A stretch of DNA of 64,000 bases from Negaprion brevirostris (lineage: Eukaryota), in contig JARDVH010000073.1 of the NCBI GenBank assembly GCA_030324005.1, forward strand, positions 39,438,329 through 39,502,328, given 5' to 3'. Shown one piece after another: positions 24,330 to 37,160 of the stretch. The notes below the pieces were generated by a model. That model was not told where the DNA came from, did no database searches, and saw only the letters and a program-made list of their open reading frames with translations. The position numbers were made by a program, and so were the translations under genes. Every line of letters begins with the position of its first letter. Within the stretch, counting starts at the first letter, position 1.

Positions 24330-25178
24330 GTGGCTAATAGCGAGATCCTGGACTTCTCACCAGTCGCTCCCTAGAGGATTGAAGGGTGTAAGATTGTGAC
24401 CACTTCCACAGTGATTGGTATTGTGTGATCATCAGGTCTAGCAGAGAGCAGGTCTTCCTGTAGGAGGCGGTTGGTGGTTTCCCCACCCTACAATCCAAAC
24501 TCAGTCTTGGAACCATTGCTATTGTGAGAGGTCAAGGAAGCTGAACTTTCGTCTTCTACCTGTGAAATTAGTAGAGCCTCCTGCAAACTCAGTCCCTCTC
24601 CTGGGCAGAAGCTAATCCTATAAGATCACATTGTCACTGCCAAGGATGGCTTCCTCTTCTGATGTGCTGTTGAACACATCCAATGTACCTCCCAGCTCGA
24701 TTTTTGCCAGGTTGGAAGCCTTGAAGTTTAAAAGTTGCTGTATCCATTCAAGCACATTCTGCCAAACCTTAGCCAGAGAAAAATGAGATAACAACTCCAA
24801 TATGAGCCTCAGTTCAGCTGGGACAATAACAAGTTTAAATACTCATAAGAACTGCTGTGCCAACTGTCTGTTTATTGGCTCCATTTCACAAGCCCCAAGA
24901 AAACCACACCACTGAAGTAAAATCTGGAGCCAAGTTTAAAAACAGTTTGCAGAGACTTCATTGATGTTTCCAAGGACATTAGCCATGGCAATAAGTACTT
25001 ACTTGATTATTAAATCCCTGATTTCACCAGATTTATCCCCATCATCTAAGGGTGCATCTGTTAAACCCAAAAGTGGACGTGTTGATGCCTGGTTGCCCTC
25101 CCACTCTGAACATCAAAAAATTTAGTTCACCACCCACCCCCAAGCCACCCATTCCTGTGGATTAAAATTCCTCCCATT
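24330..25178 (-). mobile_element. Highly decayed Harbinger-like element with a Myb-gene remnant
   Basis: Terminus gggaggaattttaatcc (minus, near 25176). KASNLAKIELGGTLDVFNSTSEEEAILG weakly resembles exon 2 of the 28 kb copy. Confidence 0.35.
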
Positions 25179-26523
25179 GTTTATGAAGTGCTTCAAATAT
25201 TTTTGAAATATAATACTGCTGTACAACTGCAAGTTTATTCTATCTGTATCACCAGTGACTATTTTTAAACAGTGACATATTAGTGCCTTTATCTGACTTA
25301 AGTAGTCAGAAGGAAGTGCTGCTCAGTTGTTAATAAATGTCCTTTATAACACTGAACATATTTTTATATGAGGAAGGGGGTCGAGGAGGCAGGGGTGGGG
25401 GTGTGGGTGGTGTCACTGTTTCTGATTCACATTGTGACATATGAGTAGGATATTTTCATTATGGCTGTTCTTTGCTCTCTTGTGCTACATAACATGCCTG
25501 AAGCTCTTTTATTTAAAAGAAAGATCATAAACAAAAATGAAGAATTTGATGCAGTGAGACACCTTGATGTTTGGGCATATCTTTTGCATCCCACACGCCA
25601 ACTCATTGGCAGGAATGTCGGTATCTTTGTGCATGACTATAAAAGTGTCTTTATGCATAAACAGTCAGCTGGAAAGCTTATATTTGGAGCAAATTGTGTA
25701 ATTACCCCCTCGCTGTATTTTTTTTTCTTTTTATTTCCCCTTCCTGATTTTCTCTCCTTTTCTTCTCAGTACATCAACAAGAAGTAGAATTCCACAGGCA
25801 ATTGCCTGCTTTCTCTGATTTGTTAGTTTAAACAGTGCTGCTGAGAATTCCCTCCTAACTTCCATTCAAATCCCAGGCATGAATGTAAACATAGTTCTGC
25901 GATCTTCTGCCAAAGCTACAGTGGCTGATTGGGAAAATCCCTGAGGAAATTGCAATGTATCTGTTAGACTATTGGACCTTTGTTGGCATCTCGAGAGAAT
26001 ACGATCTTGGATTTCTGATACCATATTAGCTGCTGTTGCCAGCAGGAGTCACAAGAAAATGATCTTAATTAACATGCATATTCAATTTTAGAACTCTAAA
26101 GACCCTCACAGTGCTCAGAAAGCTGGCACTACCAAGCACAATTTCTCACCCTGGCTCTCAAAATTCAAGCACAATACGCCCTTGTATATTCTTAGCAAAG
26201 GAATTTGGCACATTGCAGCATCTTATCATAGAACACTTCAAACACCTACACAGTGCTCCATAATAATTAGCTTCTTCACACATGTTAGTGTTTTAACTTC
26301 TTGAGACAAAATCAGCAAGCTTTGTAAATCTACTGAACAGCCCCATAATCTTAACTGTTATAAAATAAGCTGTCAGCCCACGTAACAGGGTTTCTCAATC
26401 ATCTTAGTCATAGGAGACCTATAAAATTCCACATGAACTCAATCCAGTGGCATTGAGAATGGAAATAATGAATTAAGAACAATGGCATCTATTCAAGGTG
26501 TTATAGAAAACAAAATTCCAAGC

Positions 26524-27146
26524 CACAGAATCACAATTGTTACAGAGCAGAAGGAGGCCATTTGGCCCATTGTATCTGCACCAGCTCTCCGAATGAGCAA
26601 TTCACTAAATGCCAGTCTCCCTTCTTCCCTCTGTAACCTGTAAATTCTTCCTTTGCAGACAACAATTCCCTTTTGAATGTTTAAATTGAACCTGCCTCCA
26701 CCACATTTTCAGATGGTGCATTCCAGCCCTTAACCACATGCTATGTGTAAACATTTTTTTGTATAGCTTTTGCTTATTTTGCCAATTATGTTAAATCTGT
26801 GCCAACTCATTTTCAATCCTTTCATGATGGGACTGGTGTTTCCATATCTACTCTGTCCAGACTCCTCATGATTTTGGAAACCTTTAATCTCCTCTCAGTC
26901 TTTTCTTCAAATAAATCAGTTCAAACTTTTCCAATCTATTTTGATAACAGAAATTCCTCATCCCTGGACCTTTCTTGTGAATCTTCCCTGTGTCCCTATA
27001 AAGCCTACACATTCTTCCTAAGATACAGTGCCCAGAACTAGTGTCTTATACAAAATCAGTATAATATCCTTATTGTTGAACTCTGTGTCCCTAAAAGTAA
27101 AGTCTAGTATCCTCTATGCTTTACTAACCACTCTCTCAACCTATCC
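26524..27146 (-). mobile_element. CR1 LINE 3' part
   Basis: Reverse tail cacagaatcacaa...ggccatttggccc, followed by CR1 C-terminal sequence (ctctgtccagactcctcatgattttg; acagtgcccagaact). Confidence 0.8.
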
Positions 27147-27149
27147 AAA

Positions 27150-28908
27150 ATCTCCTTTGTGTGGGGCAGCTGGAGTGAATTCCAGAAGCCAGTGTGTCAC
27201 CTGACACTACCAGTTCTGAAGGCTCAACAGTGTCTTCACCATGGTGTGTGAGACCTCAGCAATAGCCCTTGGAATCTGAATCAAGCTCAGCAGTCTCTCC
27301 GCAATTGGTCTCAGACCGAGCCAAGCTCTTGAGGCCCGCAGCCAGGCCCTCAGCGTCTCAGCCATGCTTTTGACCCTGCCACTCATGGCTACCATTTCTT
27401 GCCCCAGGCTTTCCATCACGGTTGCCATCCTTGCAGTGTTGGCCTCGGTGCAATGCAATGCCTGCACCATCTCCTTCACCGGAAGGTTGTTGGACTCCTC
27501 CAAACAGCCTAACAGCTGCTGGAATGTCTGACATCTCCCCACTGCAGTCACCAGCTCTGGTTCTGCATCCCCACCAGCTTTGTAAGAACCTTTTCCAGCA
27601 ACCCAGCACTTGGCTGGGGCCAGCTGTGTCCTTAGATCCAGCAGGCCTCCATCTGCCTAATCCCTCAGACATTCCCGCCTCCACCTGATTTGCATCATCA
27701 ACTGTACTGTGTGGTGCTCACCAGAAAGCAACCCCAAAGCCTGTTTACTAATTGCACCCATTGAGTTGTGTGTCTCTACACTGGTGGCTAGTGTGAATAG
27801 ATACCATTCTGGCTGATGGATTCCTGATGCTTTCCTCTGAGGTCTGAAGGGAGTTGGGAGGAGGGAGGAGGGGCACCTGGATGCATGGAGGGAAAGCTGG
27901 GGGGCACCAACTGCTGAGGGCCCAGCCTCATCTGGTGTCACTCTTGCAAGAGAAGACATATGGGGAAATGCAAGGGAGTGGAGAGTATCTGGGCAAATTG
28001 GAACTTATTCAAGAAAGGTCCACATGTGGATCCTCACATCTGTGGAGCACGTCAACAACACAGTGGCTCACAGCCCTCTGTGTCAGGTAAGATCTGTAAG
28101 ATCCATTGCTCATTCCTCAAAAGGAGTCCGAAGACACTGTTTGGGGGTTCCACTGTCTGTCTCCTTCAGCTGTCTGCGATTATGCACCATCTTTTCCTGC
28201 AGAGACATAAGGATTTGATTGAAAGCTTGATGGCTGGCAGCTGGGGTGGAGGGGCTTGGAAATAGGTGGTGTAGCTTGGCACCGTGCCTCACCAGGCAGG
28301 GGTTATGACTGGGGATGCTAGAGGGATTTGAGGAGAATGCTGCCTGGATGGCTGTGGGGCATTAAGGAGTGGGTTGAAGTGGACGTGCGAGGTGTGATGG
28401 ACGGGACTGCTACCAGGACATGATGGGTGGAAATTTACCCTTACAGCCCAAATTAGTTCATTCATCTGCTTCTGGCATTGGCCTTCGGTCCTGCGTGTCA
28501 GACTGTGGGCACTGACTACTGCGGCCACCTCTTCCCAGGCAGCATTTGAATCCCTGCTCCTGAGGGGTTGTCTTCCCTCCTGGGCTACAGAATGGCCTGC
28601 TTCTCCACCACAGCGTCCAGCAGCCAGGCAAGTTCTCCCTCTGTGAACCGTGGGACTAGACTGGATGATGCCACCTTCCTGGCACAACTGGCTGTGAGTA
28701 CAGGGGAAGCATTGAAAAGCAGTTCCCCCTGTTAATGGCACACCTGTGGCTACCTTGGGCGACTCACGGGCCTGCACACTCGTTAACAGCGTTAATCCCA
28801 TGGCGGCTCTGTGTCAGTAAATTGCAATTTGCAGTGTGCTGAAGAGACTGGCACAATTCACTTCATTGTTCAATGACACTTAGAAATTTTTTGGGAGAAT
28901 TCCACCCA
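27150..28908 (-). mobile_element. Harbinger-type DNA transposon derivative carrying a spliced Myb/SANT-like (NAIF1-related) pseudogene
   Basis: Terminus GGGTGGAATTCTCCC (minus, from 28908). AAWEEVAAVVSAHSLTRRTEGQCQKQMNELIWAVR, then a GT..AG intron at 28438-28197, then EKMVHNRRQLKETDSGTPKQCLRTPFEE. A coiled-coil-like segment lies at 27207-27500. Confidence 0.75.
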
Positions 28909-28979
28909 ATGTTTCTGCAAATTGACTTACTCTCCTGAAGCTCCACTACACCCTCTGGTTTCATTGTTTTAGATAGGTG

Positions 28980-29330
28980 AGACAGCTTGTCATGGTCTAA
29001 ATGATCTGGTCCTAAATTCTAAAAACAGCAGTTATACCACCTCTCAACTTTCTCTTTTCCAGTAAATATATTTTCCAATGATATATGCCCAGTTTATGTA
29101 ATTGCTCATCCCAATCTAATCCCTTCACCTCTACAATCATTGTTACTCTGTTCTGTATCCTTTCAGGAGCTGCAAAATCCTTTTTGTACTGTGGCAAGCT
29201 GTATACTGTATTCATGTGGTTACATGAATATTTTAAAAAATGTCAGGATGACCTTTTAATGCATTACTAAATCGAATTTGCTTTACTCACTGACTCCCAA
29301 GTTTTGTTGTGTTGCTTCCATCTGGCCAGA
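28980..29330 (-). mobile_element. Old CR1 fragment
   Basis: PQYKKDFAAPERIQNRVTMI...LHKLGIY...LEKRKLRGGITAVFRI. Confidence 0.75.
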
Positions 29331-30044
29331 TTGATTATTTTTTATCATCTTATTTCTATCCATGTGCTCTCCTATCTTCAGTTAGGGCTTCCATACTCTT
29401 AACCACAATGAATGTCAAAGTCAATACTCTACAGGTTGCATGCAAATGAAATGTATCAACAAGATTTCACATGAACGAATGGTTATTGTACATGATAATC
29501 AAAAAAGTCAAAACGGATCCTGCCAGTGAGGGGTAATGGTGACAGACAGGTACATGCCTGTCCTCTTTCCAAACCCTACACTGGTAGGTGCCACAGCACA
29601 GGATGCCTGATTGTTCACCTTGTTTCTCTGTTAATTTGCTCCACTGTCCCTCAGACATTAAACAACCTTTACTTTCGTATCCCTGCAATTTTCTTCCCTC
29701 TTCTGAAGACTGAGTTTTGTAGGGCAAATAGACTATAGGTACTTCAGCAAAGTGGGTGCATTTCATGTGTAACCATAGACAGTGAGGATTGACAGGCTTT
29801 CACAGTTAGCCTGACCATTCCTCATTAATGTGAAAGTAAGATTAAGTGAAAAATTTGAGTGTTAGGATATGTTGCAGAATATTTCAGCGAACATGATCAA
29901 ATTGAAAAGTTTGCAGACTGGTTTAGTTAGAAGTCGCAATGTTTGCATTGTCAAAAAGAACAAAATATTCAGCTGGAATGGATTTTAATTCTCAAGCTTG
30001 GGAAAATTATATTATAAATAATGTACATAATTTACAAGACATGC

Positions 30045-30060
30045 TGCTGCCCTCTAGTGA
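30045..30060 (-). promoter_or_regulatory. Candidate CTCF binding site
   Basis: Minus strand TCACTAGAGGGCAGCA matches the CTCF core CCACYAGRKGGCRS except the first base. It lies in non-repeat AT-rich sequence. Confidence 0.45.
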
Positions 30061-33000
30061 CTATAAGAAATAACTGTGACATTAGTGCCCAGCCTGACCC
30101 CAAACCTTCATTTTGGGAAGGACAGGAACCACATGCTGTTTTTTATCACATTTTACAATGTGATTAACACCACTGCATTTACATTGGTAAACAAACCAAA
30201 CAAAGATTCCATGTTTCACAAAGGTGCATCCCTTTTATCCACAGATAAGGTCAACAACATGCTCATAGATCTAGAAGCTGCTTGTGCAGGAACAGCATCC
30301 CAACTGACTAAAATCTGCCAAGGTCACTGCTCAATAATACCACTGTAGCAACAGTCTGGTTAGGAAATGAATGTGCAAATATGGGTCGAGGACAGGATTG
30401 GGTTTGTGAATATTGGATTGGATTTATGAACACTGAATTGAGGATAGGATCAGCTGGATCTCATGACTGATCACTCCGTCGAGACTCCTGTCCACATTCA
30501 GACCAGTTACTTGTGAAAGATACTTAAGAATAATGGGCATGAATGTAGAATTGTACCCTGTGAGAGTCAGTGCTCAGATTAGCAGAGATAGGGAGAATGG
30601 TGAAAGTAAACAAGTCAAAGCACTTGAAGTTGATTTTTGTCATAGTTGTACATGTGACAACATAGGTACTGGCCTCAGATGCAGAGCTTGACAGTGGGTT
30701 ATCCATGAGAAAAAAAAATAGATTATCCCAGAGGACTATGTCTGGCTTTGGAGTGTGCAAGCCTGTTATAAGTTGTCACTGTAATAAATGCACAGTGGCA
30801 ATGTTTGTTTTAGTTTGCTTAGAGCAGTAAGACTGCATTATTCTGGCCATCCATGAGAATTTGTTTTCAAAGAGCAATGGGACATTTTGGATTTGAATTC
30901 TTGACAATCAGCAGTTCTTCTGTCTAGTTGGAGAGTGACAGCACAAGAGAGCTAGGTCAGGAACCAAAGAGAACAAAGGCTTGATTTAGAAACACAGTAC
31001 ATGGCTGTAAACACAGGGATCAACCAGTAAGCAAAGAGAAAGACAGGACGAGAAAAAATGCAGAACTTTTCCAATGAATCTGGAACAACAGCAAAAATGT
31101 CAGAATCAGAAAAACACTAAGAATTTTGTTTGCTGTTGTGTCCTACTGTGAAACACAAATCTTGCTTATGATGAGCTTTATTATTAATTTTTATTGAAGA
31201 AAAAAGACACACAAAGTAAATTTGATTTTATTTTCATCTATTTCTCACTACCTCTTGGCATCACATATCCTCCCTGATTAGTCTGTTAGGATTGTATGTG
31301 CTGAAGAATTTTCCATGACTGCCTTTGTACCTTGTGTGTGTAAAGATTTCCTTTCATTCTCCTATATATGGAATGACTGGCTGCTTCAAAATATGTCTTG
31401 ACTCAGCTGATGAAGTAGACTTGTGAGTGTGAGTGACAGCCAACAGCAGTTTCCCAGTTGGAAATAAAGAACTTGACAAGTTGCTTATCCTTGATGAAGA
31501 ACTTACAAAAGTTTCATCTCCATGTTCAATTCTGGCTTTTCAAAGCAGTTTAGGGATGAATTGTATGTGTAGAGAGTTGTTGATTCTCACCCACGATTCT
31601 GTTTACTCCTCAGTTGACATACTGGATATATATTCATGGCTGTTGATATATTTTGTAAGCAAGCTAAAACATTGAGATTTTGCATGCTGTTAGAGTGTTA
31701 AGGGGCAAGCCCAATCCTGCCCTTACCTGAATTCCATTTCATAACAAGCGTTCACTATTTCAACTTAGCAAAAACTGAGGGAAATGTACCTCAGTATAAA
31801 TTGGGTACCTTCAGGACAGGAATATATAATATCTAAATTGGAGTATAAACTTGTTCTCATGCAGTTTAATATTTATTTGTTTTGCCAAATTTTTCACCTG
31901 CTCTATAAACTGCAACAGTTTTGAAAAGCAAGTGCTGATTTTTCTAACCCCCGCCCCTAAAAGTTAAGCTCATTAGTAATGCTCCTACTATAAACAAAGC
32001 TAAGAACAAGCTGAACAACTTGCTTGATTTGGTTGAAATATAAAAAAACTTGTTTCAATGAAATATTTTATATTTAGAGGAATGATCATTTGGAACTTTT
32101 GAACTCAGGCAATTTATATATCTGAACCACTATCCAAAAGCTCTGCTTTGAAATAAACCTCAATCACCAGTAAAATTATATGCTGCGGCAGTTAATGTGA
32201 TCATTTTACTGAGTTTTCTGGCTGCAAGTGACAAAACAAAGACCAGAAAGATGGCAATTAAGAAAGGGAGGTTAGCAATTTGAAGTGAGAAAAGGCAGCA
32301 TCTGTGGAGAGAGAAAAAGGGAATATTTCAAATCCAACATGATTTCTTTGGAATAAGCTTTTCTTATACCTTGTTAACAGTTCGGGAGTGATGTAGGCCA
32401 AGTTCCTTTCTTCCATAAATAGGAACATTCCAAAACCTGAACAGATTGGATTTTATAGAGTGAAAGTAAATGGTTGATTGGAAAGGAAGTGTTTGACAGT
32501 AATGACATTGGGGAATTCTGTTTGAGGACAATGAGTATGGCAAGATAAAGAATGTCAGTAGATGGAAGGCTAACATTTAACTATCTAAGGTTTTTCTTAG
32601 GATTTGGATGATGATGAAGAAGTCAGTATTTATTGACCATCCTCATTTTTACCAATCAAATGATTTGCCAGGTCACTTAAGGGGCATTATGAGACAATGA
32701 TGAAAACTGGGCAAAAGTCACAAATACGGCCAATCCGAGGAGTGGTAGATTTCCTACCCTGGAAGCCATAGGTCCAGATTTTGCAGTCAACAACAAAGCA
32801 AAAGCACTCTCCGCTGACCTCAGAAAGCTATTCACAAGGTTTTAAGATCTCTGTGGAATAGGTTTCTCCCTTTCCCGATGGTTGTTTAAATTTGATGTGA
32901 ATTCAAAGGAATGTTTTAACTTCAGGCAACAGTGATGTCAGTGAGCAAGTAAGGAACCAATTACACCAATGTATTTGCACAAACAATAAAGCAGGAAGTT

Positions 33001-33502
33001 AGAAAACATTGAACCCCTTCACTTTGACTTCAACTTTTTTAAAAGCTAAAATGGAGATCAGTAGACATTTAGTTTAAAAAATACTTTTAAAAATTTGTGT
33101 TATTTTAAGTTGGGGGAAATTTGGCATTCCACACATAAAATTAATCTCCCAGGGCCAGTGAAGGTGTTCAGCAATAATTACAATATTAATATGCTGTTGA
33201 AAATCCCCTTGCACCTCATTCAACAAGGCATAAGTTTGTCAAATATTTTTACAGTGAGAATAATGGCACAAGATAGATTCTTAATTCAGTTGATTTCCCA
33301 TTGATTGCAGTTTGGGGAGGTGCCTCAACAGCATATGCTCTGAAGCAGGGAATCACAGCAAGTCCAGGATTTCTGCGCATGTTGCTGTCAATTTCAGTGG
33401 AGTAACAATAGAGAATACTAACAGCTTTACCATCATTACCACATTAAAAATGGACCATTCATTAATGAATTGGACTTCTTTGTCAATACAAGCAGTTTCA
33501 TT

Positions 33503-34035
33503 GGGTGGGGGGGGCAGTTTTGAGCCCACACTCTCCATCTGCAGGAATGGGGGCGTATGATCAAAATCTGGAAAGCACCGATGGGTTTCCAAGTTCTGAT
33601 CTTACTGCCCCCTCGTCAGGGGAGTGGTCTGAAACGTACATTGGGACCACAGAAAGCTCATTTTAATTAATTACCATGTCATTAGTGAGCATTTGCTCCA
33701 GGATTTATCCACTCACTGGATATTCAGTGGGCACCCAGATGTGCATCTGTCATGGGGGTCTGCCTGGGATTGTAAAGGTCAGTGTAGCCCTTGGGGAGAG
33801 GGACATGGGTAGACTGTGGCCTTGAGACCTCCATAGAGGAGTGGGATGGGGGTTTACTTCAGGTTCTGATCAGGCCACCCTTTAAAGAAGGCACCCGATC
33901 TTTGCGTTTTCCTGGTGTGCTGAAGACCCGAAACACACTCCTTTGATTTTGTTTTGGCAGAGTGTCGTAAGGTCTGGAGAGAAAACAACATTGGTTTTCT
34001 CGCTGGAAACAACTCTCTGCCATTTTTTTGCCCAT
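33503..34035. mobile_element. Non-autonomous Harbinger-like element (MITE-like), degenerate
   Basis: GGGCAGTTTT left end and ..TTGCCC right end, with internal ttttaattaatt and ccctttaaa..ggcacc blocks also seen at about 720-950 and 17160-17260. Confidence 0.35.
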
Positions 34036-34806
34036 GTTTTTTTGCCGGCATTACCCTCCAAATGTTCAGATATATTTAACTTATTTTCACCATTTGTCAT
34101 TGTGAGATTTGAATTAATACCCACCAGGTTATCTATTAGAGGATTTAGTGGTGTTGGCTGTGCAAGAGTTAAGAGGAAGCTGTTTACTTAACAATTGGGA
34201 GGAACAATTTTTTTTACTGTACCACTTAAATTGTTGGAGATGATCAGGATGCAGTGATTTTAACCATAGCACTGCAAGCAGACTGGATTATGTGAAAATT
34301 AAGCACAGGCAACCACAAGGAAGTGATAAGGGTGGATAACTGAAGCAGAAGGAAATTGGAGCTTGAGTATAGATTATAAATAATCCTTACTATTAGTTGG
34401 TCCTTTTTTAAAACAGAAGCTGAAAATTCTCANNNNNNNNNNNNNNNNNNNNNNNNNNNNNNNNNNNNNNNNNNNNNNNNNNNNNNNNNNNNNNNNNNNN
34501 NNNNNNNNNNNNNNNNNNNNNNNNNNNNNNNNNNNNNNNNNNNNNNNNNNNNNNNNNNNNNNNNNNNNNNNNNNNNNNNNNNNNNNNNNNNNNNNNNNNN
34601 NNNNNNNNNNNNNNNNNNNNNNNNNNNNNNNNNNNNNNNNNNNNNNNNNNNNNNNNNNNNNNNNNNNNNNNNNNNNNNNNNNNNNNNNNNNNNNNNNNNN
34701 NNNNNNNNNNNNNNNNNNNNNNNNNNNNNNNNNNNNNNNNNNNNNNNNNNNNNNNNNNNNNNNNNNNNNNNNNNNNNNNNNNNNNNNNNNNNNNNNNNNN
34801 NNNNNN

Positions 34807-34945
34807 GTGTCCTGAGTTGTGTAGGTTAGAGATTAGTGGGTAAATATGTAGGATTATGGGGGTAGGGCCTGGGTGGGATTGTGGTTGCTGCAGACTCGAT
34901 GAGCCAAATGGCCTCTTTCTGCACAGTAGGGTTTCTATGATTCTA
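34807..34945 (+). mobile_element. V-SINE tail type A, 5' part in a gap
   Basis: gtgtaggttagagattagtgggtaaatatg...gcagactcgatgagccaaatggcctctttctgcacagtagggtttctatgattcta. Confidence 0.85.
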
Positions 34946-34949
34946 AAAG

Positions 34950-36520
34950 AAACAAGTGGTGAGAATGGAAGGATCATGAGTAGCTGCAATCCGAAAGAGA
35001 AATGAGGGGAATAAAAACAAATCAGCAAATAAAAAGGAAACAAAATAGAAACAGAGATTGTTATCGAAAATAGTTAAATTAAATGTTGTTGGGGGCTGTA
35101 AATTTACTGTATAAAGAAGAGCTGTTCCTTGAGCTTGCTTTGAGCTTCTTTGAAACATTGTAGAAGGCTAAGGGCAGAAAACAGAGAAAGCAAGGCAGAG
35201 AATTAAAATGACATTCTATTGGACACTTGAGGTCATACTTATAGACAGGACAGAAGTGTTCCAGAAGGTCATCACCCGGCCTTCATTTTGTCTCCCTAAT
35301 GTTGAGCAGTTCGCAGGAGAGCTGCGAATACAGTACACTAGATTGAAAGATGTGCAATCAAATCACTGTTTAACCTGGAAGGAATGTTTGGTGCCTTGGA
35401 CAGTGAAGAGAGAGGAGGTAAAAGGGCAGTTTTACACCTCCTGTGCTTATACGGAAAGGTGGTGTGCAAAGGAAATTAGAATTGAGGTGACTGAGGAGTG
35501 GACCAGAGTGCCAGAGGGAATGGTCACTTGAGAGCTGAAAGGGGACAGGGTAATGTATTTGGTGGTACAGCCGTCCTGGACATGATAGAACAAGCAAAGG
35601 ATGATCACAGAATATGGTGGAGTAGAAGGTAAGGAGGGGGGAATCCTATAGTTTTTCTGGCAAGCAGAGGAAAGGGTGACCCCAAACTTGGTGACAGAGT
35701 GGACAATGAAGAAGGTTATCTAGGATTGCAACAGGATCTTGATCAATTCGGCCAGTGGGCTGATGAATGGTAGATGGAGTTTAATTTAGATAAATGCAAG
35801 GTGATGCATTTTGGTAGATCGCACCAGGGCAGGACTTACTCAGTTAATTGTAGGGTGTTGGGGAGAGTTATAGAACAAAGATCTAGGGGTATGTAGCTCC
35901 TTGAAAGTGGAGTCACAGGTGGACAGAGTGGCGAGGAAGACATTCGGCATGCTTGGTTTATAAAATAATGAGGAGTATAGATAAGGTAGATAGTCAATAT
36001 ATTTTCCCAAAGGTGGAGAGCCTAAAATTAGAGGGCATCAGTTTAAGGAGAGAGGGGTGAGATACAAAAGGGTTCAGAGGGACAATTATTTCAGAGGTTG
36101 GTGAGTGTCTGGAACAAACTGTCAGAGGTAGTAGTAGAGGCAGGTACAATTTTATATTTTAAAAAGCATTTAGGCAGTTACATGGGTAAGATTGGTATAG
36201 ATGGATATGAGCCAAATGTGGGCAATTGGAACTAGCTTAATGGTAAAACTGGGCAGCACAGACAAGTTGGATTGAAGGGCCCGTTTCCATACTGTAAACC
36301 TTTATGGCTATAAGTGCTTGAGATGGAACAGACAACACTTGAGGGTCCTGTCAACCATAGTAAGGGGAAATCCTCAGATGAGATGAAAGGAAGACCTGTT
36401 AAATATGGAAGGTTGCATCGCCAGAACAGATGAGATGGAGATGGAGAAACTGGAGTGATGGAAAAGAATCCTTGCAGGAAGTAGAATATGAGGAGATGTA
36501 GTTAAAGTAGTTGTAGTACT
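34950..36520 (-). mobile_element. Old Penelope-like element (family 2): RT C-terminus and GIY-YIG, split by a CR1
   Basis: Minus strand gives YNYFNYISSYSTSCKDSFPSLQFLHLHLICSGDATF (about 36410-36515) and FQVKQ*FDCTSFNLVYCIR...RETK*RPGD..LEH (about 35255-35380), matching Penelope SCKDSIPFSQFLRLRRICS and NLVYCIRC..YIGETKRRLGDRFAEH. Confidence 0.8.
35690..36311 (+). mobile_element. CR1 LINE with internal deletion, nested in Penelope
   Basis: Closely similar to 10147-11001 but jumps from gcttggtttat to aaaataatgagg, lacking the [18 protein letters not shown] block. Confidence 0.9.
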
Positions 36521-37160
36521 GAATAATATTTTGCCTTATGAGTCTGTATAAATTCCATATACAGTTGCTATAATATATATCTTACGTATTTTGACATAAT
36601 AATTTTGAATTACGTATTTTAACTTATGGTGGTAAGATTTGTTTGTTGCAGCTGGGTATCGTTATCAGTATTATATTCTAATTTAAGATGATACTTTAAA
36701 TCCCACTGGGTTTCAGACATGTCAGCTCAGCAGGTGCATTGTAATTCAATACTGCAACCCATCTGGTTTCCTCAAATAGCTAGTTTTCTCTCACTGTTAG
36801 AGGCATCAGCTGTGATGGCAAACAGTGAAGAGCTAAAAAAGACTATCCACATATGCTGCTTTTGCATTCCCTTTTTGCTGACTTGTGGCAGCAATGGTAG
36901 AGTGTTAGGGACAAGTCACCTTATCCTGCCTTCCTTTGGATGATATAGCCAGATACTAAAAGCTTCATGGCCCAACAAGTATGAAAATGGGTCATAGACC
37001 ATAGGGACTTGTGAATTTCCACACACTGAATTCTTGATCACAACAGCTGTAACTAGAGGAGCCAGAGAACAGTCTGAGACACATCATCCACCTCACTAAG
37101 GGAAAGCTATTGAATGGAGATCATCCTGTTGTCCCTACTGCTCTGTGTGGTTGGACAGTA

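Noticed and set aside
30764-31746. Solo LTR bounded by TGTTAT...ATAACA with agcc/agcg flanks
   Set aside because: The flanks mismatch, the right end overlaps an old SINE-like segment, and 6-bp termini occur easily by chance.
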